Positions 8,596 to 13,612 of a stretch of 35,856 nucleotides of DNA are shown here, piece after piece (the stretch's first letter is position 1; each line of letters begins with the position of its first letter). The DNA comes from a virus: IMG/VR virus record IMGVR_UViG_3300027518_000004; one strand, written 5' to 3'. The position numbers were made by a program, and so were the translations under genes. Under the pieces are notes generated by a model, which was not told where the DNA came from, did not search any database, and saw only the letters and a list, made by a program, of their open reading frames with translations.

Positions 8596-8622
8596 ACCCC
8601 TGGCAAGTGCCGGGGGTTTTTT
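8596..8622 (+). terminator. Intrinsic terminator after the helicase
   Basis: acccctggca-ag-tgccgggggt followed by T run. Confidence 0.8.
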
Positions 8623-8715
8623 ATAGTTTCTGTTTTTTTCGTTTCGGGATTGTGGACGTGCTATGGGTCGTTGGCTGCAATGTCGAAACGAAAAAAATGG
8701 TTTTTATAACTAACT

Positions 8716-8845
8716 TGTTTTTTTAGTTTTTTATAGTATTATTAACTTGCAGGGTAGGTGACCAGTTTTATGTCATCACGCCCCCGCGTTCGTTAGTTTG
8801 TGGTTCAGGCTCTCAAGGTGGTTCCTTGCGGTTGAAGCAATCCTA
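8716..8845 (-). repeat. Intergenic element copy 7 with leftward -10 TGC-TAGGAT
   Basis: Core gcagggtaggtgaccagttttatgtcatcacgcccccgc at 8749; atccta 8840-8845. Confidence 0.9.
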
Positions 8846-8962
8846 GCATGGCCTGGCCCGATCCGACCAGCCAGATCCAGCCAGTTCCTGAACCGGCCAC
8901 CATCCGGTCTGGTTGCCGGTTCCTGTGGCCTATACTCTAAGGGTCCCAAAGGGAGACCTCCC

Positions 8963-9229
8963 GTGGTCACTATCCGTCACTTCTGCGCTGACAATGATCG
9001 CAACGGTAACCCGCAGCGATTGTATGCCTTGATTGATCCTGAAGGCGAGATGCTCGCAGTATGGGATGAAGGCTATTCGGGCTCGGACGCTGTGCCTGGT
9101 ATCTGGAGAAAAGATGCTTATTTTGCAGAGCGTGAGAAAATCAGTGTCCGTAAGTATAAGAAATTGCTCAGGGATTATCCTTCGCCCGCTTATGCTTATG
9201 AGGTGAAAGGTTACTCTCATTTACGTTAG
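8963..9229 (+). CDS. Hypothetical early protein (88 aa, GTG start; DRNGNPQRLY..DEGYSG)
   Basis: ORF 8798..9229 with the start moved to the GTG after the gggagacctccc leader. Confidence 0.75.
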   Translation: MVTIRHFCADNDRNGNPQRLYALIDPEGEMLAVWDEGYSGSDAVPGIWRKDAYFAEREKISVRKYKKLLRDYPSPAYAYEVKGYSHLR

Positions 9230-9262
9230 TAACTCGTGGCCCGGAGTTTATTATACTCCGGG

Positions 9263-9360
9263 TTTTCTTTATTCTTTATACTATTATTTCATGGCAGGTT
9301 AGGTGTCCAGTTTTCTGTCGTTGCGGCCCCCCGCTCCCCCTGTTTGTTGAATACAGTCTA
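9263..9360 (-). repeat. Intergenic element copy 8 with leftward -10 TGC-TAGACT
   Basis: Core gcaggttaggtgtccagttttctgtcgttgcggccccccgc at 9294; agtcta 9355-9360. Confidence 0.9.
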
Positions 9361-9383
9361 GCACAGCCGTTAGCCGGTGACCT

Positions 9384-9397
9384 GTATCCCACGCTAC
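9384..9397. promoter_or_regulatory. NtcA box GTA-N8-TAC, 23 nt from the leftward TAN3T -10
   Basis: GTAtcccacgcTAC; repeated at 10644-10657 and 11227-11240. Confidence 0.7.
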
Positions 9398-9493
9398 AAA
9401 ATCCAGAATGTCCGGGTTCCGTGACAAACAGCCGTCAACCGCGCAGCTGGCCGGTCGATGGTGTAGACTTTAAGGGTCGTCGGGATTCCTCCC

Positions 9494-9886
9494 ATGCTCA
9501 CCGGTTCCGCTCTCCTGGCCCACCACACTGCCATCAAGGCGCAGGGTGGCAGCAACGCCACTACCGCCAGGCTGGCGGGTTACGTTACCATCAAAGATGA
9601 TGGAAGCGAGCGCATCAGGTTTACCGATTACTTCTCGGAGCTGATGGTAGCTCAGGGCAGAATGAGTAAGGTTCGTGTAACGATCACCGATACATTCGGT
9701 GGTGAACCCAACTACAGTTGGGTCAACTTCCACCAGGTTTATGTACCCGTAGATAGGGACCCGATTCGTTACATCAAGAAGCAAATCGGATGGGCTGGGA
9801 CCAAATGTGACAAACAGGATTGTGGGTCCTATGTTACACTTCGGCCCCGTGGCCAATGTGTAGTTATCATCATCGACTGGATGTGA
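9494..9886 (+). CDS. cyAbrB-like N-terminal domain fused to a phage hypothetical domain (TDTFGGEPNYSWV)
   Basis: MLTGSALL...ARLAGYV...GSERIRFTDYFSELMVAQG resembles the N-terminus of cyanobacterial AbrB-like regulators; in-frame ATG at 9662 begins the second domain. Confidence 0.7.
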   Translation: MLTGSALLAHHTAIKAQGGSNATTARLAGYVTIKDDGSERIRFTDYFSELMVAQGRMSKVRVTITDTFGGEPNYSWVNFHQVYVPVDRDPIRYIKKQIGWAGTKCDKQDCGSYVTLRPRGQCVVIIIDWM

Positions 9887-9920
9887 TAGCCAACTGCCCG
9901 GAGTTTATTATACTCCGGGC

Positions 9921-10049
9921 TTTATCTTTTTTTTTATTCTTTATAGTATTATTAACTTGCAGGATTAGTGTCTTGGTTTATGTCATCACGCCGCCCGCGT
10001 TCGTTTTCTTTGTTGTTTATAGTATAGCAGCCGTGCCCCATAGCGTCAA
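9921..10049 (-). repeat. Intergenic element copy 9 with a full leftward sigma70 promoter TTGACG-N17-TATACT
   Basis: Core gcaggattagtgtcttggtttatgtcatcacgccgcccgc at 9959; agtata 10021-10026; cgtcaa 10044-10049. Confidence 0.9.
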
Positions 10050-10159
10050 GGGGTTTTCCATAAGTGTTGTTTATCAGTCCCATAAGCACCGCTGATCGTT
10101 AAGGGCTTCCCAGATCCGTCTGGGTGCTGTATTGTATGGGAGTCAACAGGATTCGATCC

Positions 10160-10480
10160 ATGAACGACTACCGCCCGGAAGTCCGCTCCCTACTCAACGC
10201 GCTGAGCCGCGCAGGGTTTGCGCCCATTTCTGTTGATAACGGCGAGGAGATGATTCGCCGTTCGGATGTATCCAAGACTGAGTTCTTGGAGGAAATTGTT
10301 GCAACAGACGAGGCAACATTGCGCCTTCAACATAATAACAAAATGGTGGCAGTTTGGCTAGTTTTGGGTAGCGATCCTGGTGAGATTGCGGCAGATTATA
10401 CTGATTATGAACCGCTGGAGGTTGTAATCGAGGAGCATTATTCTCGATGGGAGAGTAGAAAACAGCCAGTCATTAAGTAA
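10160..10480 (+). CDS. Acidic hypothetical early protein (106 aa; VDNGEE, VWLVLGSDPGEIAADYT)
   Basis: ORF 10124..10480 with the start moved to ATG 10160. Confidence 0.8.
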   Translation: MNDYRPEVRSLLNALSRAGFAPISVDNGEEMIRRSDVSKTEFLEEIVATDEATLRLQHNNKMVAVWLVLGSDPGEIAADYTDYEPLEVVIEEHYSRWESRKQPVIK

Positions 10481-10522
10481 CACAAACCGTGGCCCGGAGT
10501 TAGTTATACTCTGGGCCACAAC

Positions 10523-10620
10523 TTTTTTTATTTTTTTATAGTATTATTTCATGGCAGGTTAGGTGTCCAGTTTTCTGTCGTTGCGGCCCCCCGCTCCCCC
10601 TGTTTGTTGAATACAGTCTA
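10523..10620 (-). repeat. Intergenic element copy 10 (near-identical to copy 8)
   Basis: Core at 10554; agtcta 10615-10620; similarity to 9283-9477 extends to ~10737. Confidence 0.9.
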
Positions 10621-10755
10621 GCACAGCCGGTGGCTGGTAACCGGTATCCCACGCTACAGAATCCAGAATGTCCGGGTTTCGTGACAAACAGCCGTCAACC
10701 GCGCAGCTGGCCGGTCGATGGTGTAGACTTTAAGGGTTCCAAAGGGAGACCTCCC

Positions 10756-11061
10756 ATGGCCAGCCTCACCATCAAGACCAACAACCGATCAAGGCACCTT
10801 TTCTATGCCTGCGAGGTTAACTACTCCGAGCGGGAGCGATTCCGCAAGGAGTTTGACTGGATGGAACAGGAGGAGTTTGACCGGGCTATGTTCTTTAAGT
10901 ACCGGGGAGAATACTATGCTCTCTCCGAGTTTGTTCGAGTGGAGGGTGACCTACTTGCCAAGGGTTGGCAGGGTCAACTAGGCCAAACTGCCTGGAGTTC
11001 TTTACTCCTTAAGATCGTAGATTCCTGTCAGTCCGTTATAGTTGGGCGGGCCTATTGGTGA
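10756..11061 (+). CDS. Conserved phage hypothetical protein (101 aa; FFKYRGEYYALSEF, GWQG)
   Basis: ORF 10630..11061 with the start moved to the ATG after gggagacctccc. Confidence 0.8.
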   Translation: MASLTIKTNNRSRHLFYACEVNYSERERFRKEFDWMEQEEFDRAMFFKYRGEYYALSEFVRVEGDLLAKGWQGQLGQTAWSSLLLKIVDSCQSVIVGRAYW

Positions 11062-11101
11062 TGTAACAAACCGTGGCCCGGAGTTTATTATACTCCGGGC
11101 C

Positions 11102-11203
11102 TTATCTTTTTTTATTCTTTATACTATTATTTCATGGCAGGTTAGGTGTCCCGGTTTGTGTCTTAGCGGCCCCCCGCTCCCCCTGTTTGTTGAATACAGT
11201 CTA
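11102..11203 (-). repeat. Intergenic element copy 11
   Basis: Core gcaggttaggtgtcccggtttgtgtcttagcggccccccgc at 11137; agtcta 11198-11203. Confidence 0.9.
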
Positions 11204-11338
11204 GCACAGCCGGTGGCTGGTAACCGGTATCCCACGCTACAGAATCCAGAATGTCCGGGTTTCGTGACAAACAGCCATCAACCGCGCAGTGGGTCGGTCG
11301 ATGGTGTAGGATACGGGGGTCCCAAACGGAACCGACCC

Positions 11339-11647
11339 ATGGCCAACGCTCAGCTCGATGCTATCATCCGCGCCTATCTTCAGGCCCATGAGGCTAAAGA
11401 TGAGGCTACAAAGAAGTATAATCAACTCCGGGATGAGTTGATGGAAGTTCTTGACGCTGAGGGGATCCAACGGTACACTGGAGCTTTCGCTAAGCTCACA
11501 GTATGTCAGAGGAAGGTTTATGGCTTTCCCGCTGAAGTCATCCTAGCTAAGGAGTTGGCTAAGGCTCAAGAACAGGCGGCGATTAAGACTGGAGCCGCGA
11601 GCGTGGTAGGGGTAACTCGCTACCCTAAAGTCACAGTGACTGAGTGA
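11339..11647 (+). CDS. Coiled-coil hypothetical early protein (102 aa, MANAQLDAII...)
   Basis: ORF 11042..11647 with the start moved to ATG 11339 after the TAGGAT -10. Confidence 0.8.
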   Translation: MANAQLDAIIRAYLQAHEAKDEATKKYNQLRDELMEVLDAEGIQRYTGAFAKLTVCQRKVYGFPAEVILAKELAKAQEQAAIKTGAASVVGVTRYPKVTVTE

Positions 11648-11716
11648 TGCAAACGTGGCCCAGGGTTAGTTATACTCTGGGCCACAACTAAATCTTTATT
11701 CTTTATAAGATAAAGA

Positions 11717-11814
11717 TTTTTTTATTCGTTATAGTATTATTTCATGGCAGGTTAGGTGTCTTGGTTTGTATCATTGCGGCGCCCCCGCTCCCCTTGATTG
11801 CTGAAGCAATCCTA
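11717..11814 (-). repeat. Intergenic element copy 12 with leftward -10 TAGGAT
   Basis: Core gcaggttaggtgtcttggtttgtatcattgcggcgcccccgc at 11747; atccta 11809-11814. Confidence 0.9.
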
Positions 11815-11836
11815 GGACGGATCGGCCCAGGCAACT

Positions 11837-11917
11837 GTATCGGCTGATACCAAACGGCAGATCCGACCCATAAGCGTGGCTGATCAAACGGATTCTGGAA
11901 ACGGTATCGCTTGCTAC
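11837..11917. promoter_or_regulatory. Two NtcA boxes (11837-11850, 11904-11917) flanking a LysR-type box (11870-11884)
   Basis: GTAtcggctgaTAC is 22 nt from the leftward TAGGAT; GTAtcgcttgcTAC is 33 nt from the rightward TATTGT. Confidence 0.7.
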
Positions 11918-11983
11918 CGTTTCGGGGTTGCCAGGCCGGGGCCGTGGGTGTATTGTATGGGGGTCGTTACGGGATCTGCTCCC

Positions 11984-12226
11984 ATGATCAATCGTCAAGA
12001 TCAGGCCAACGCTATCAACCTCTTCAGCCGCTGGCTGAAGATGAACCATTCCCCATTCCGGGGAATGTCAACTATGCGCATCCGGCGCATAGTCGCCCAG
12101 GCAGTGTATACTGCCGGATACGAAAGGCAGCCTGAGTATAGGCTACCGTTCACTGACGTAAGGTACGTCATGGGGTGCTTAGTTAAATGGGATCCACGAG
12201 GATTTAATGTAACTGTCGCATCCTGA
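11984..12226 (+). CDS. Basic hypothetical early protein (80 aa, MINRQDQANA...)
   Basis: ORF 11876..12226 with the start moved to the ATG after gggatctgctccc. Confidence 0.7.
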   Translation: MINRQDQANAINLFSRWLKMNHSPFRGMSTMRIRRIVAQAVYTAGYERQPEYRLPFTDVRYVMGCLVKWDPRGFNVTVAS

Positions 12227-12263
12227 CAGTTACATTGGGGGAGGCGCAATCCTCCCCCACCAC

Positions 12264-12305
12264 AGTATCACGAACTCACGGAATGTTGGGTGAGTTCGTG
12301 ATACT
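12264..12305. repeat. Perfect 16-bp inverted repeat with a 10-nt loop
   Basis: agtatcacgaactcac-ggaatgttgg-gtgagttcgtgatact. Confidence 0.9.
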
Positions 12306-12327
12306 ATTACAAAGTGTAACAGGCACT

Positions 12328-12355
12328 TGACAGTGTGCCGCCGCCGTGTTATGAT
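12328..12355 (+). promoter_or_regulatory. Near-consensus sigma70 promoter TTGACA..TG-T-TATGAT
   Basis: cacttgacagtgtgccgccgccgtgttatgat. Confidence 0.75.
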
Positions 12356-12535
12356 CGAAGCCTGGGCCTAACCATAAAAACCCCCCATAAAAAATAAACC
12401 CTTTTAAAATAAAAACCCAAATTCACACCAATTATCGGCCAATTTTATAAGGGACTAATTTTTATACGAAAACCCCAATTCGTTTCAAAAATATCAAAAA
12501 AATCCGCGCCCAAAAAAATACCCCAAAAGGGTCAT

Positions 12536-12543
12536 CATAAATA
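12536..12543 (+). promoter_or_regulatory. T4-type late promoter (CATAAATA)
   Basis: Matches (T)ATAAATA, 47 nt before ATG 12591; similar boxes at 14763, 15442, 18807 (+) and 16761 (-). Confidence 0.65.
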
Positions 12544-12590
12544 TCACTGGTTATCACCAATATTATTCTACATAAGGAGAACATTGAATC

Positions 12591-13544
12591 ATGGCAAAAG
12601 GCTTTACTGTTAAAGCAAAAGGGAATAAAGAAGAAGATTTTAGAACATTAGAAGAAATTATACAACATTCTTCTAATAAAGAAGAAGTAGAAGAAGCCAG
12701 ACAAAAACTTTCTGCATATTACGATAAAGTAAAAGCAAAGATGCGTGGTAAAAAAATCGTTTTTTGTTTACCAGGGAGAAATTGCTCTTATACTTTTTTA
12801 AAGAGTTTTGTACAGTTATGTTTTGACATGGTACAAAATCAGATGAGTATTCAAATTTCCCAGGATTATTCTTCTATGGTAAATTTTGCTCGTTGTAAGG
12901 TACTAGGTGCAAACGTTACTCAAGGCCCATGGCAAGATCCGTGGCAAGGTAAATTAGATTATGATTGGCAGTTATGGATTGACAATGACATTGTTTTTAA
13001 TACTGAAAAGTTTTGGCAATTATGTGATCTTGCCGTAAAGGATTATCCTAGTGAGAAAGAATTTAATGCAGAAGATTATCCTCTATGGGATGTCAGTACA
13101 GAAGAGTTAGCAGAAATGCATAAGAGTGATTTTAATGTCAGGAGAGAAAGAATTCGTCGTTTGAGTATTGATGTTAATCCGATTGTTAGCGGATTTTATT
13201 TAACCGAAGACGGGAGAACCACTTCTTGCGCTCATTGGTTAGAGGCCGATGATTTTGTAAAAAATGGCGGCGTTATGAATCATGAAACGTCTGAGAGTAT
13301 CAGCAAAAGGTCTAAACCTTTTTCCGTTGATTATATTGGCGGTGGTTGGATGATGGTTTCTAAAGGCGTTTTTGAAAATATGAAATACCCTTGGTGGGGT
13401 CCTAAACTCCAGGAATTCGAAAATGGCATAGTTGACTATACCGGGGAAGATGTCGGTGCTTCGTTAGACGCCCGTGAACTCGGTATTGATATTCTAGTTG
13501 ATCCTAGGATTAGGGTAGGACACGAAAAGTTGCGTGTCCTATAA
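12591..13544 (+). CDS. GT-A fold glycosyltransferase-like protein, conserved in cyanomyophages
   Basis: MAKGFTVKA start, IVFCLPGR, LWIDND (DxD motif), GEDV, DPRIRVGHEK; AAGGAG RBS. Confidence 0.85.
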   Translation: MAKGFTVKAKGNKEEDFRTLEEIIQHSSNKEEVEEARQKLSAYYDKVKAKMRGKKIVFCLPGRNCSYTFLKSFVQLCFDMVQNQMSIQISQDYSSMVNFARCKVLGANVTQGPWQDPWQGKLDYDWQLWIDNDIVFNTEKFWQLCDLAVKDYPSEKEFNAEDYPLWDVSTEELAEMHKSDFNVRRERIRRLSIDVNPIVSGFYLTEDGRTTSCAHWLEADDFVKNGGVMNHETSESISKRSKPFSVDYIGGGWMMVSKGVFENMKYPWWGPKLQEFENGIVDYTGEDVGASLDARELGIDILVDPRIRVGHEKLRVL

Positions 13545-13612
13545 AGCGAGAGAGATTGACAAATTGATGGATTTGGGCTATAAAAGACGGGTCCATCACT
13601 ACTACTTAAAAC

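Noticed and set aside
4136-8790. Integron attC sites (bulged hairpin with AAC...GTT in some copies)
   Set aside because: RYYYAAC/GTTRRRY boxes are not consistently present, the inner stem is lost in several copies, cassettes carry their own promoters, and no IntI is visible.
1689-9856. Long antisense and alternative-frame ORFs (e.g. 1689..2396, 3994..4392, 4341..4745, 7194..7631, 7772..8170, 9470..9856)
   Set aside because: They are shadows of well-supported + strand genes or span the repeats, and lack motifs and RBS.
4779-11685. Rolling-circle (HUH Rep) nick sites, since loops TAATTATAC/TAGTTATAC resemble TAATATTAC/TAGTATTAC
   Set aside because: The base order differs at the conserved positions and there is no Rep-like gene in the window.
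1578-11790. CRISPR array interpretation of the ~40-bp repeated core
   Set aside because: Copies are 545-2300 bp apart, separated by whole genes and promoters, and too variable; there are no cas genes in the window.
1550-11814. Retron or diversity-generating retroelement
   Set aside because: There is no reverse transcriptase in the window, and variation between copies is not adenine-specific.
1752-11983. Apparent paralogous N-termini in the ORF track (MLYCMGV..., YGSRQGTPP, AGNRYPTLQNPECPG, YVITPLRS)
   Set aside because: These are translations of the repeated promoter DNA in varying frames; the real starts lie just after the leader hairpins.
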